A DNA stretch of 64,000 nucleotides from contig CM049887.1 in the NCBI GenBank assembly GCA_027474245.1, forward strand, positions 20,815,762 through 20,879,761. The letters are read 5' to 3'. The stretch comes from Spheniscus humboldti (taxonomy: Eukaryota). Every line of letters begins with the position of its first letter. The first letter of the stretch is position 1. The notes under the pieces were generated by a model. It saw only the letters and a list, made by a program, of their open reading frames with translations. It was not told the DNA's origin and ran no database searches. Position numbers and translations under genes: made by a program. Below are positions 25,491 through 36,416 of the stretch, in pieces.

Positions 25491-27301
25491 CACAGCCGCC
25501 ATCAGCTTGCAGCTTGGGGACTTCCTGGAACAAGTATAACAAGATATAGGGGAAGCTAAGTGGAAGAAATAGATGCAAATAATGCACATTATGCAAGAAA
25601 ATAAAAAGTAGTTGGGTTTTAGAGGATTGGACTGAGAGATGTTGCAGCAGGAACTTCCCCTGGACAGTCAGACCAATTGCTAGGGAAACGGAATGAAATT
25701 CTACTGTCCAAGAATCCTGCAGGTAGGAGTCAGAGCAGGTAACGTTTAGCTTTGTTGGTTTTGGTATATCCCTTGTGGCAGGAGAAGTCCCTGTTCTGCA
25801 TAACCCATCTCCAGTTTGGTAAGCTTACCAGCTTAAGGAGTGAGGTGGTGATCAACAATCAGATTGTGGGTCACACAGTCAATATCTGTAAGTAATAAAC
25901 AGAAGGAGGTTTTCAAGAGTATTACCTGATACAAGTGAAGAAGCCACCGTGGGATGCCCTCAGTGGAGACTCCTGTCATTTATCGGCAGAGATTGGCCAT
26001 TCAGCATAGTGGTATATTGAATTCCCTTTTGCTGGGAGTACACCCTGTACACTAGATTCAGTAAGTCTTCCAGGTGCCCCAGCTTCATGTTCCTTTGTGC
26101 AGCAGTGTCCACCTAGTATTTGCAGCCTCATGACTCTTTCTTGCTATTTTTTTAAAGTATTGCTTCGTTCTGTGTGTAATTAACTTTATTTTATGTGTGA
26201 AGTTTGTATGTGAAAGTACTAAAGTATAGCCAACCCCAGCATTAAGAAGAGATACATATTTTTCCTGTATTTTTGACAGGACATTTTTATCAAATTATTT
26301 CTAAACATTGAACCATTACCATATGCCACATGGATACAATGGGGATTAGACTAGTAGACTTGTGATTGACTCTTGTGGGAATTAACTCCCAAAGTGTGGT
26401 TGAAGATTTCTTCTTTTTCAGCAGAATTGCCAATTGTTGAATTTTAAAAAGAAAAGTTTCTTACAGTTTTTTACACTAATTAAACTTAATATTCTACAGA
26501 TTTTCACTTTTTACATAATTTGGATAATTATCATCTAAACATCCATTTAAAATCGTATATTATCTTCTAAATTACCTTAAATGAATGGTTATAAATTTGT
26601 GTCCACAGTTACAGTTTTCTAAGACATTCAGCTGCAAGGACAGGTAGAGTTTCAAAAGTATTTAATATTGAAGAATAAGTACTTGAACATCCTGCTGAAA
26701 GCCTGTCTTCCATCTGACCTGAGGGTAGCAAACCATTTGGCAGATAATTTTAATCATGAGAGTTGTCTATATTTTTGGCAGGGAAAGTCAGATAAAATAG
26801 GATTGGTTTTGTTAATATTGCATTTAACAACATATATAGTAAACTTAATAATTTTATAGAGACTTTGCATTCTCAGCAGAGGAGAGGGATCCTTTATTGT
26901 TTCTTTTGAGTAAGAGGAATGCTTATTTTTTAGCACCTTTAAAAATAATTTTCAGAAGGAATTTGTTTGAAATAAATTTGAAAAGGCTAGTGTTGTCATT
27001 GTGCATACTTTATATGGGAGTGATTTCGAAATGACTTTGTTCTTACTGTTTAAGGGTTTTTTTAGAAGGTAGGCTAACTACAACATTCCAGGTCAATTAC
27101 AGACATTTGATGGTGTATCAAACGTTTTTGAAGTTTAATATTTGAATCACCTAAATTGATTATGTGGATTTCAGGTTTTGTGTTTGTGTAAGCTTTTTAG
27201 AAAATATTTAAAGTAATTCCCCTATGTCTATTTTGTTCTTGCCAAATACATTTTCAGTGTCCTGAATCTTTGGCTTATCTCTATCTTTGTTTATTCCACA
27301 G

Positions 27302-27410
27302 GATGGCTCTTGGAATCTCAGTCCACAGTTGGGAAAAATCTTGAAATTTGATGTTGATCATTTAATTTTAATTAACAGTTTCCTTATTAGAAAAGGCATT
27401 CAGTCACTTG
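27302..27410 (+). CDS. PARP4: PARP4 C-terminal (MVP-interaction region) exon: DGSWNLSPQLGKILKFDVDHLILINSFLIRKGIQSL(G)
   Basis: Acceptor ttccacag| and donor |gtaaat, 109 nt, ends in phase 1. It resembles the human PARP4 C-terminal region ...KQKGIQSLG... as I recall it. Confidence 0.7.
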
Positions 27411-28295
27411 GTAAATACTTTTCTGTCATTAAAAAGCAGTATTTTGTATTATATTTCCTATCTGTATGTGTTATTACTCTATATGTCTAGTGGAACTCTC
27501 AATACGATATGCTCAGAATTTAAATGGATCTCTTAACTTAAAGTTTTCAAAAGTGCCTGATTTTAATAATACAGTTTCTTCTCAACTTCTCTCACAATAT
27601 GGTGTCCTGATTGCTAAGCACATCTCCTGGAGAAATGTGTGGAGGATGTGAGATAGTTGGAGTAGCAACAGAGGTTCTTTTATCTCAATTGTTGTATCTG
27701 CTATATTAATATCTACTAAAGAAAAAAAGGGAAGAAAACTCTCTCCTAGGAGAGAGGCAGAGATCACTTCTGCTTTTCACATTCCAAATAATATGAATAA
27801 GATTTATATAATTCTTCCCCACACACACCCCGTCTGCAGCATTCAGTATACACTCCACCTGTACACACTTTGCTGTTCGATTCTGTCAATTGGTGCTCTT
27901 TGCTGGCAGCAGACCAGAAAATTTGGGGGGGGGAAAAAAAGGCAATTCCTTCTTTCTAAATTATTAGAGGGCACGATGCTTCATCAAAGGACAAAAATCT
28001 TACAAGTTTCCCATTATTGCATGTATTAAAATCAAAGTAGATTAGAACCCAAGCAAACACAAACTGCAGAAATCCCAACAAAGCATTACCAAGTTTAAGT
28101 TTGAACGCCAGGAATATGTTTGTCAAATCACTAATGTGAATACCCTTGATAGTAGTGATTGTATGGTGAAACAATTAAATAGCATTAGGACAATTGATGT
28201 TTTAAAGTTATATGGAGTACTATGCAGAAAGTACCTTTTCTGTTGTCAAGAAATCTTTTAAATGGTAATACCGCTTCCCTTTTCTTCTTCCTTAG

Positions 28296-28428
28296 GCCCA
28301 AATGGAAAAGAAAAGCTACTGCAGTTGATTGCTACTCTTCTTGTGCTACAGTTCATCCGCTGCACAAAGGAATTGAAAGGGATAGTTTTCAAAACACTGA
28401 TGAAACTGGATGATTCATCTAGTTCAAG
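28296..28428 (+). CDS. PARP4: PARP4 C-terminal exon: (G)PNGKEKLLQLIATLLVLQFIRCTKELKGIVFKTLMKLDDSSSS(R)
   Basis: Acceptor ccttag| and donor |gtgtgc. The phase-1 entry matches the previous exon. It parallels human ...LLDLIATMLVLQFIRTRLEKEGIVFKSLMKMDD. Confidence 0.8.
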
Positions 28429-28680
28429 GTGTGCTTTTAAATAAAATCTTATCATTTAATGTCATAATATAAACCACCTCAACATACGGAAGGTTAATTT
28501 CAATATGGAGAGTCAATGACTGTACTACAGGATATGGCTGTAGAAAGGGGAGTGGAAGGTATTAACCATATTGGTGGCATGTGGTTTCTTTTAAGACGAT
28601 GGATGGAGGAAGGAATACTTTACAAAATATGATACAAAAATTGAGAAGTATAGAAAGTAGTAAAAGATATTTTATACTTA

Positions 28681-28870
28681 TTAGAATCATTGAATAATGA
28701 TGACCTCTGGAGGTCATCTCTTCCTTAAAGCAGGGCCAACTCAGATGTAGGATAAGTTGTTCAGGATCTTGCCCAGCTGAGTTTTAAATATCTTTAAGGA
28801 TGGAGATTTGTCAACTTCAAGGGCAACCTTTTCCAGTGTTTAGTATCACTTAGTTTAGAAATTAGGAAAA
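28681..28870 (-). mobile_element. CR1 3'-terminal fragment (minus orientation)
   Basis: ttagaatcattgaa...gatgacctctggaggtcatc... (reverse complement of the CR1 3' hairpin and microsatellite) and ggcaaccttttccagtgtt (CR1 antisense). Compare the full antisense copies at 1957-2460 and 50411-50700. Confidence 0.5.
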
Positions 28871-29795
28871 AAATTGTCGGACTTTTCATGTAACTTGTGC
28901 CTGTTGACCTGCACTTTTTTTTAGGATTATATTTATAGCTTGGTGTTCTTCATGAGCATACACCATAAAGTATTCTGGGCAAGACTTTTGAAATTATTAG
29001 AGCGGATGACTCTTCACAGCACAGCTTCCACCCTTTCCTTTAGCTGTGGGGAATGCTGGCGCTGGCTCATTCTGAACCACGCCCCCCTCACTTCTGTATG
29101 TCCCAGTGCTCTATTATCTTTTGAATAAAGGGTCCCTGCATCTGGAAATTCCCTTTCTTTGGGGGTGAAGTGAACACTTATCAGCTGGCAAGTTTTTTGG
29201 TATAGAGGAAAGACAAAGGTCTTAAAAGAAGCATGAAGGAATAGGCCTCCCGTGGATCTGGATTGCCCCAGCGACCAACAGATTCCTTCTGCCAAAATGG
29301 GAAGCTTTACACAGTTCATACTTTACAAGGCATGTAGAAACAGGATAAAGAAACAGTCAGGAGAGCCCTGGAAATCTTCCTCCCTCTTTTGAAACTCCTT
29401 GACAGAGGGAAAAATTGGTTGTATAATTTTGGCTACTCTTGTCAGGAATACAAATAAAAACGCATTGATTGTTGGATGAAAGCAATTCTAACATACGTGA
29501 ATGTACAAGGGAGGAGTCAAGTTTGCCATTATGAAATGCATAGTACTTCACTGTGGTGATCAGAATAGTGCAAATAAATGCAAGTAATGACTCTACATAC
29601 TTCCCTTGTGGAAGATTCTAAAAAGACAGGGCGGCTCAGATGACGTTTTCTGCATTAGATGATATTTTATATAGGCTGGATCATCATACTATAGAAAATT
29701 TTCAAATAATTATCATTAGAAGAAATTATTTTCTTCTTGCTCCTTTGCTGGATTTACAAGATTTTATTATAATAAAACTTCATTTCTACACACAG

Positions 29796-29946
29796 TGGTG
29801 TTCATTGGGCTTTTGAGTTGATCAAGAAAGCAATAGAGTGGGTAAGAAGAGTTGAGAGGCGATTTCCATCTATTTGCTATCAACTTGAACTTGGGAAAGA
29901 CTGGGATTCTGCCACCAAGAAGATATTGGGTATCAAGTTTATCTAA
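29796..29946 (+). CDS. PARP4: PARP4 terminal coding exon: (S)GVHWAFELIKKAIEWVRRVERRFPSICYQLELGKDWDSATKKILGIKFI*
   Basis: Acceptor acacacag|. The phase-2 entry completes the AGT codon. It is in frame to TAA at 29944-29946 and parallels human ...WAFEAIKQASEWVRRTEGQYPSICPRLELGNDWDSATKQLLG. Confidence 0.75.
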
Positions 29947-30373
29947 CGTCAGTTCTCTTTCTACTTAAAAGATTTGCTCACATAATTCTTTAAGATAATA
30001 GCAGAGTTAGCTTTCCTTGCAGTTTTACATAAAATGTTTGAGGACATTTGATCTTATATTATTACTGAATAATAATTCTCATAGTCACAGACTTAAAGGT
30101 ATGGAAATACAGGGTCTTATAAAGTCTTGATTTTACATATATGTAGTATTTTATTTACCTGTAACTGTTAAAAATACCTTTATTTCATTTTTCTACATTA
30201 ATCTCTGATTCATTGTACATTATAAAAGTACTTTTATAATATCTTTGTTTTGATTTCTTCTAAAATGTTATGTATTTCTTTAATGGCGCGGTAAAGAAAG
30301 CGTAATGTAGTAATTCAGTTAAATATGGCAGGGGATGTTTTGACAGATACAAGAATGTGATAAACAAAGAACT

Positions 30374-30379
30374 AATAAA
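30374..30379 (+). promoter_or_regulatory. PARP4: Candidate PARP4 polyadenylation signal AATAAA, about 430 nt after the stop
   Basis: actAATAAAtatc. Other A-rich hexamers exist nearer the stop, so the cleavage site cannot be determined from sequence alone. Confidence 0.3.
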
Positions 30380-32340
30380 TATCTTCATAACATAACAGTG
30401 TTTTCAATTGGATGGTTTTGTAATTCCTACAGTGTGCCTTGAAATGCAAACTGTAGAACAGTTATTTTTCTCCTGCATTGCTTTGCTTAACAGTCATAGG
30501 TCAATTTGTGAATACGTAGGTCAGTTTTGTTAGGAATGAGTTCTCTTTTTTCCTGCTGTTACTCTGTATTCTGATTTTATTCTGACAAAAAACTAACCGA
30601 TTAGTTGTATTTTATACTGGACTAAACACTGAAGCCTAATAACAAAACCAGACTAAAAGCCATTTATTTTAATTTAATAGGCTTTTCACAGGTGTTTGAA
30701 TGAACACATTACCTCTTCTAAATTAAGGAGCTGCACAGAATCACTGTTTGGTACTTTGTGATCTGATGAAATGTAGTTAGAGATTTAGTACCACTGCTTG
30801 CACTGAGGCAGGATCCACAGAACATACTCTACGCTTGTTTGTCCAACAGTTGGACATACTCAGAAGCAGGAGATCCCACAGCCACCATAGGTAATGTGTT
30901 ACGCTGCCCTAGCAAACTGAGAACGCTCCCTAGCAGTAATAGAGGTGTTGTAAGAGGTTACTAAGGAAGACCATGGTGTCTCTTTCATAGGTGTTTTCAT
31001 GAGAATTTAAGCAAACATCTGCCAAGGATGGAGTAGATACACTTGATCTTGTAGAGGAGGTTGCTAAGAGGGATATCCTGCGGTCCTTCTGTTTCTAAGG
31101 TGCTCTGAATCCTTGTTTTCATGTGTGTAAGATACTGGCTCTTTTTAGTAAATAATACAACGGGAAGATTTGTACTATACTTTCTATTTGAAAAGAGCTA
31201 GGATATGGGTTTCTTAAGAACTAGAAAGACTTTAATGTAGACAACGATAAACTAGCTTCTAAATCTGCTGTTAGGTCTTTGGATGGTCAATTGTTGCATT
31301 ACTAGAGTTATCTTGGAAAGTAAATGCTGGCAAAAATATGAATAAAACAATTTTTTTTCCCCTTCACTGCAGTTGATTATTCATATAGCTTGGTGTTTTC
31401 ACTGTTGCAACGATACATCACGTGTGGGTCTGTACAAGAAGTATACATTCGTGCTAAAGCCTGAGTTTCATTTGAGTGATGTGTGTTCTTTAAGGAACTG
31501 TTTGAGATCCAATATATTAACACTCTGGCTCTAGTAAAGGCAGTTGAATAAGCAAATAGGATGTGGTTTATTTGCTTTTTCTTACAAGATTGTCTTTTTT
31601 TCTCCTGCATGTTACATCAAAAAAGGTGTGCTTGCCTATAGGCAATTATTTTAACATGCAAAATACTATAAAATTCAAAAAGATTCTTTTTCCTCGTGAG
31701 AAACCCCATTCCCCAGCAGGACCTCGTCCTGAGGTGTCTGTGTACGTCCATCTTTTGCGTTTCCCCAAAGCCTCATCCAGCTGAGGGCAAAGAACACCTT
31801 TGTACCGGGATATTCAGCACACTCTTGTCTTTTTATTTGGACAAGCCAGGCCCACCCGGGCACCATATCTTCTGGCAGGAAAGTCAACAGCCTGAACGTG
31901 CCTTTGAGTACCCCCAGTCACCGATAACCACCTCCCTTCTCCGGAGGAGAGCTACTGCACCAGTCAGCGAAACCTTACACGGGGGTCGAGCGGGGGTTCG
32001 GTCACGCTTTCGAGGAAGGGGCCCCCGGGCCAGCGCGCAGACAGGCAGCTCCAGCAATCACCCGGCGCTCGCCCCTCGCCGACAGGACCGGGGCTCCCGG
32101 CAGCCGTAGTGCCGAGACCCGCGACGGCCACCACCGGCGGGCGACACCAGAGCCTGGCAGGAACGGCCGGAGCGGGACAGCACCAGGCTCCCCGCTCCCG
32201 CCGCCCAGCTCGGCGGCGGGCTAGAGGGTGGCCCGCCTCGGGGCGAGGGGAGCCTCCGCCTTCACAGGGCGGGCCCGGCGGGAGCCCGCGGCCACCGGCT
32301 CCCTCCGGACCCTGCCGGGGGCCCCTGCTGCCGCCCCCAC

Positions 32341-32524
32341 CCATTGGCTGCCGCGGGCCGCCGCGCTGAGGGCACGAAGGCCTCCGGGCTCGGGGCCCCG
32401 CCCCCGCCCGTCATGGGCTGGCGGGGCGCCGATTGGCTGCGGCCGCCGCCTCGCTCCCTCCTCGGCCGGCGGTGGATGTCGCAGCCGCTTTTCACCGTTG
32501 TCGTTTGAAACTCGGCCCAAAATG
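32341..32524 (+). promoter_or_regulatory. MPHOSPH8: MPHOSPH8 core promoter module: two inverted CCAAT (ATTGG) NF-Y boxes at 32343-32347 and 32432-32436, an Sp1 GC box at 32392-32410, a CHR-like TTTGAA at 32504-32509, a uORF at 32476-32508, and a Kozak ATG at 32522
   Basis: Both boxes sit in a duplicated module ATTGGCTGC(C)GCGGCCGCCGC. The GC box is ggggccccgcccccgcccg. tcgTTTGAAactcggcccaaaATGgcg lies about 13 nt before the ATG. A small uORF ATG TCG CAG CCG CTT TTC ACC GTT GTC GTT TGA ends just before the main ATG. Confidence 0.5.
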
Positions 32525-32776
32525 GCGGCGGCGGCCGGCAGCGGGGCTGAGGCGGCAGCGGCCAGGCTGGAGGGGGCGGAGGAAGAGGAGGAGACGGCGG
32601 CCGCGGCGGAGGATGAGGAGGACGGGGAAGAAGACGGCAACGGGGCTGGCAAGGTGGCGGGCGCGGCGGCGGCAGCCGGCGGGGAGGCCGGCGGCGGTGG
32701 AGAGAGCGAGGAGGAGGAGGAGGAGGAGGAGGACGTGTTCGAGGTGGAGAAGATCCTTGACGTGAAGACCGAGGGG
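32522..32776 (+). CDS. MPHOSPH8: MPHOSPH8 exon 1: MAAAAGSGAEAAAARLEGAEEEEETAAAAEDEEDGEEDGNGAGKVAGAAAAAGGEAGGGGESEEEEEEEEDVFEVEKILDVKTEG (acidic N-terminus plus start of the chromodomain)
   Basis: First in-frame ATG in good Kozak context. The DVFEVEKIL... sequence is the known MPP8 chromodomain start. Donor |gtgagt at 32777, phase 0. Confidence 0.85.
32708..32733 (+). repeat. MPHOSPH8: (GAG)n coding microsatellite (poly-Glu) inside MPHOSPH8 exon 1
   Basis: gaggaggaggaggaggaggaggag, translated as EEEEEEEE. Confidence 0.9.
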
Positions 32777-35279
32777 GTGAGTGCGCGGCGCCGCCGCCTG
32801 TTAGCGCGGCGCCCCTGGTCGCTCTCCTGGGGCTGCGGCGGGGCCCCCCGGGCGGTGCGGCGGCGGCGGGTCCCTTAGGGAGGGACCCGTGCGGTGGCGG
32901 GGCTGGCGGGCAGCCCGGCCGCCCCCTGTCTGGGGCCGGTGGCTGCCCTGGGGTCGGGTTTCGCCCTGCTCCCCGAGGAGGTGCGCGGCAACACGGGAAT
33001 CGAGAGCGACTGTTAGCCATGCGCTGGCAGCAGGGTGGGCCTGAGCGTGCTTGGTCGTCTCGTGCTCTTCCCTCGCTTTCTGTGCGCGCAGGCTGCACGG
33101 GCAGGGACTGCTGTTCAGGCAGATTTTCTTGCACGATTCTTTAATACTTGGGCGAGAACTATGAAAAAATAGTAGTTCCGTTATAATTGTATTTTAAAAC
33201 ACGTGCATAATTTTGCAAGGGAGGTTTTTGTGTCTTACAGCGTTGACTAAAGAGACTAAATCTGGAGTACCTTCACTAAGTTTTTTTTTGTCTGCATTGT
33301 TAAACTGCTCTTAATGGCTGAACAGTAGTGTTTTGATGTAAAGTGAGTGCAGAAATGGGCAGGATTGAATATAATGGAGAACTTGGAGGTGGTTTCAAGG
33401 TATGTTTAGTGAGACTTACGTTTACTGGCTTACAAAATGCATGAAGACCTCTTAGAATAAGAGAGACTTTTTCCAATTAAAATAACTAGCTGTAGTGATC
33501 TTTGCTTTGTTTAGACAGAGGTATCATACCTTCTCTTCTTTCTTTGAAAGCAGCCTAGACTGGCTGGAGTTCTTCTGAAGTTTCCTAAACCTCAAATACA
33601 AAAAATAAATAATACAGCTTTTTTTTTTTAATGATTTTGTGTCTGAAAATTGTTTATTTTAACTAATTTATGGTTTTTATTTTAGGCTTTGGTCAGGTAC
33701 ATGATGGTATAGAATTATGTATGTTTAGGGTAAAACAGGGTTTTGAAACCGTTAGGTTGGAGAACCTTCAGATCAAGAATTTCTTAGATATTTGTGATGC
33801 TATCATGATTAGACTGTATCTTGGCTGAAATATCTCGATGGCTTAAGAATGTTATGCTTTTGAGGTAATACAGTATAGCTTTGCCTGTATGAAGCATTGG
33901 TCAAAATAATAAGTCAGGCTTGAAAATAGGAGTCCTTTTTTTCTTTTTTGTCTCTTTTTTTGTTGTTGTTTTTGTTTGTTTCCCCTGTATACTGGCAGGG
34001 GGGGGGGTGTCATACCATTCCACACACTTCTGAAGAGTACCAGAATACATAAAGTACCATCTCTTAAAAATGTCATTGGCATGTGCTGGTAAAAAGGTGT
34101 GTTACATCCCCTCTTTCTATTGACCTCCTCTTCCTCCAAGTAGCCCATTCTGCAGCAGGTTCTGAGCTGTATGCACTTCAGGTTTTCAGGCTGGGTCAGT
34201 GCAATTAGCTTTGCTGTATGTGTGTGCCTTATCCACTATGTGTTGGTTGTAGCTTTGCAGCATGGGCTCCAGTTGCATCAGGTCACCTTTCCGTTGCTCT
34301 TCAATGGAGGCCATGCTCCTGTGCCTCAGAAATACAGGGCAAGACAGATACTCGCACCCAGTCCTAACTTCTGAAATGGCTGGAAAAAGCTGTGTGTTAA
34401 ATTCAGTGGAGTATGTTTTATGTAGTCTGCTTTAGACTAGTGGTTCCCAGCTTGCAGATTCCCAAGTCTGATATAAAACCCAAGCAGATACACCGAGTTG
34501 GCCACTGTCCAGCACAGCATAAGGGCAGTTGCTGTGTTCCTGTGTCACAGTTGCAGAAGCGGGAGAGCTGGAGAGCACCACACAGAGAAGCTCCTTTCAT
34601 TTGCAGTCCTGATGTTGCTGGAGCTGGTAGTAGTGGTAGCATGAGAGGCAGCACTCCTGGGATGGGGCTGAGGAGTTAGACCTGCTAATAAATGAAGCAT
34701 TAACATGTACTACTTAAGAGAACAAGCAATAAAAGTTTGGAAATGTTTCCTCTCAGTATATCTCGAACGCCTTTCATACTGCACTACAATTATACTAAAA
34801 CAACAGGCTCCAGTGCAAATCGTGACATTCCCCAGTGGAAATGGGTAATGTTAACTCTGCTCTTTAATGACATGGTGATACCCCTTTTCATAGGAGTTGG
34901 TTCTAGCCCATCACCAGTTCTCATAGAAGCTACAGCAGTATAAAAATGCTTGGAAGTGTTCTATTATTTGTAAGTGATGCAGAGGAAAGCAATAACAATG
35001 CTGAGTAAAATAGTGTTGACGGGTGAGTGTAAGGCCGTGTATGTATGTTTAGTACGATGATCAATCTCCTGTCTTCACTTAAGCTGCGTTTTGTATCTCT
35101 CTCTATGTACTGGATGAAGGGTCATTCAACAGCCAAATAGTCTTACATTTGCATTAGACCCTTCTTTTATCCAGCTTTCTCAATTAATTAAAAAAGGACT
35201 TCTAACTCACTTTGTACCTGAGTTGCAAGGGTGTAACAGTAACTGCAGCTAACTGAAGTCCTGCATCTGAAATGGCATA

Positions 35280-35880
35280 ACCCTGTACCACCAGACATGT
35301 GAGAGGCCAGCTGGCTAGGAAGCAGATTTACAGGAAAGGAGCTGGGAGTCCCCGCAGACAAGTAGGTTGAACATGAGCCGGCAGTTCTTGCAGCAGAGAA
35401 GGCCAACAGCATCCAAGACTGTACCCAGCAGATCAAGGGAGATGCTTCTTCCTCTCTTTTCAGCACTGTTGAGATGCATCTGGAGTACTGTGTCAAGTTC
35501 TGAGCTCCCCAGGACAGAAGAGACATGGACATACTGGAGTGGAGGGTTATGAGAACAGTTTAGGGAGCTGGAGCACAGAAGGCTGAGAGAGCTGGGTTTG
35601 TTCTGCTGTAAGAAGAGAAGAATCAGGGATGATCATAGTGGTACCTATATCTACTTAATGGGAGGATGTAGAGAGGACACAGTCATCCTTCTCAGAGGTA
35701 CGCAGTGAAAGGATGAGAGAGGCAGTGGACACAAGCTGGAACACAGGGAAATCTGAATAGATACACTTGACTGGGCAGATTTCTGAGCAGCCTGATATAG
35801 TTGATCCTGCTTTGAGCAGGGCATTTTACTTGTTAGTTCTGGAGATCCCTTATAACCTAAGCTATTCTGTGACTGTAACA
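35280..35880 (+). mobile_element. Old, degenerate CR1 3' portion in MPHOSPH8 intron 1
   Basis: Frame-broken similarity to the CR1 ORF2 C-terminus (LNMSRQ..., [34 protein letters not shown]...EKRRIRDD...). It ends in the CR1 tail ...ctaagctattctgtgactgtaac. Confidence 0.5.
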
Positions 35881-36354
35881 AGAAAGTTACTAGTCATTTA
35901 TTTCACGAGTAACCCCATTAGAAGAAAGAAGGAGAGACAGGTGAACATGATTTTGAAAACTAATTCCTAAATCAAGAGTGTATGGTTAAGCTAAATTATA
36001 GGAGGAGAAGTATTACACTAATGTATCTGAATATAGGCTATTTATTTATGTGTCTGTGAAGCAAAATACAGAAGATTGTAAGTAGAGTTGATTGCTAAAG
36101 TTTAATGGCATATATATAGACTTGGTCAAAGGTTAATGGTGCTCAGGCAAAAAGGTAAATTTATGGACATAAATACATTTAATAGTAAGTGTCAAATGGC
36201 ACTTCTTTTGAAGCTTTCCTTCTCCAGGCTTGGTTAGCAGCGTAGGATCTTTCAGAGCATTATCAATCTATTTTTGAAAGAAAGAAGTACTATTATTTTG
36301 CCTCTCTAAAGGTGCTTTCCTTAGTACATTTGCTAATACTTTTTTTTATTGTAG

Positions 36355-36416
36355 GTTTGTTTGGTTTTTGGGGTTTGGGGTTGGGTTTTTTTGGGGTTTT
36401 TTTTTTTTTTTTTTAG
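36355..36416. repeat. T4G4-like G/T low-complexity tract: gtttggtttttggggtttggggttgggtttttttggggt(t)n
   Basis: Four G3-4 runs separated by T runs, followed by T18. Similar tracts occur at 5830-5880 (as C/A on +), 33940-34007, 45815-45850, 52928-52972 (C/A), 53675-53715 and 58920-58995. Confidence 0.8.

Larger units (their letters stand above)
31900..33150. promoter_or_regulatory. MPHOSPH8: CpG island spanning the MPHOSPH8 promoter, 5' UTR, exon 1 and start of intron 1
   Basis: An abrupt shift to more than 75% G+C with dense CpG (ccgcgggccgccgcgc, ggcggcggcggccggc), flanked by AT-rich sequence. It lies about 2 kb downstream of the PARP4 stop. Confidence 0.85.

Noticed and set aside
25560-26140. 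About 580 bp of higher-complexity sequence (ggtatattgaattcccttttgctgggagtacaccctgtacactag...) that looks repeat-like, possibly an LTR or DNA-transposon fragment
   Set aside because: I could not recognise terminal inverted repeats, a TG...CA LTR structure or any protein similarity in either strand. I cannot classify it without a repeat-library search.
32221-33134. Long ORFs on both strands of the GC-rich region (for example 32262-33134 minus, 290 aa, Pro/Arg/Gly-rich; 32109-32369 plus; 32433-32765 plus, Arg-rich)
   Set aside because: These are artefacts of the stop-codon-poor CpG island: extreme low complexity, and they overlap the genuine MPHOSPH8 exon 1 in other frames or on the other strand. 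Only the 32522-32776 frame continues into the conserved chromodomain.
34413-34679. Overlapping 78-88-aa ORFs on both strands in MPHOSPH8 intron 1 (34413-34679 plus, 34418-34654 minus)
   Set aside because: No splice signals, no codon-usage contrast with surroundings, and the two strands are open simultaneously, which is typical of chance ORFs in moderately GC-rich intron sequence.
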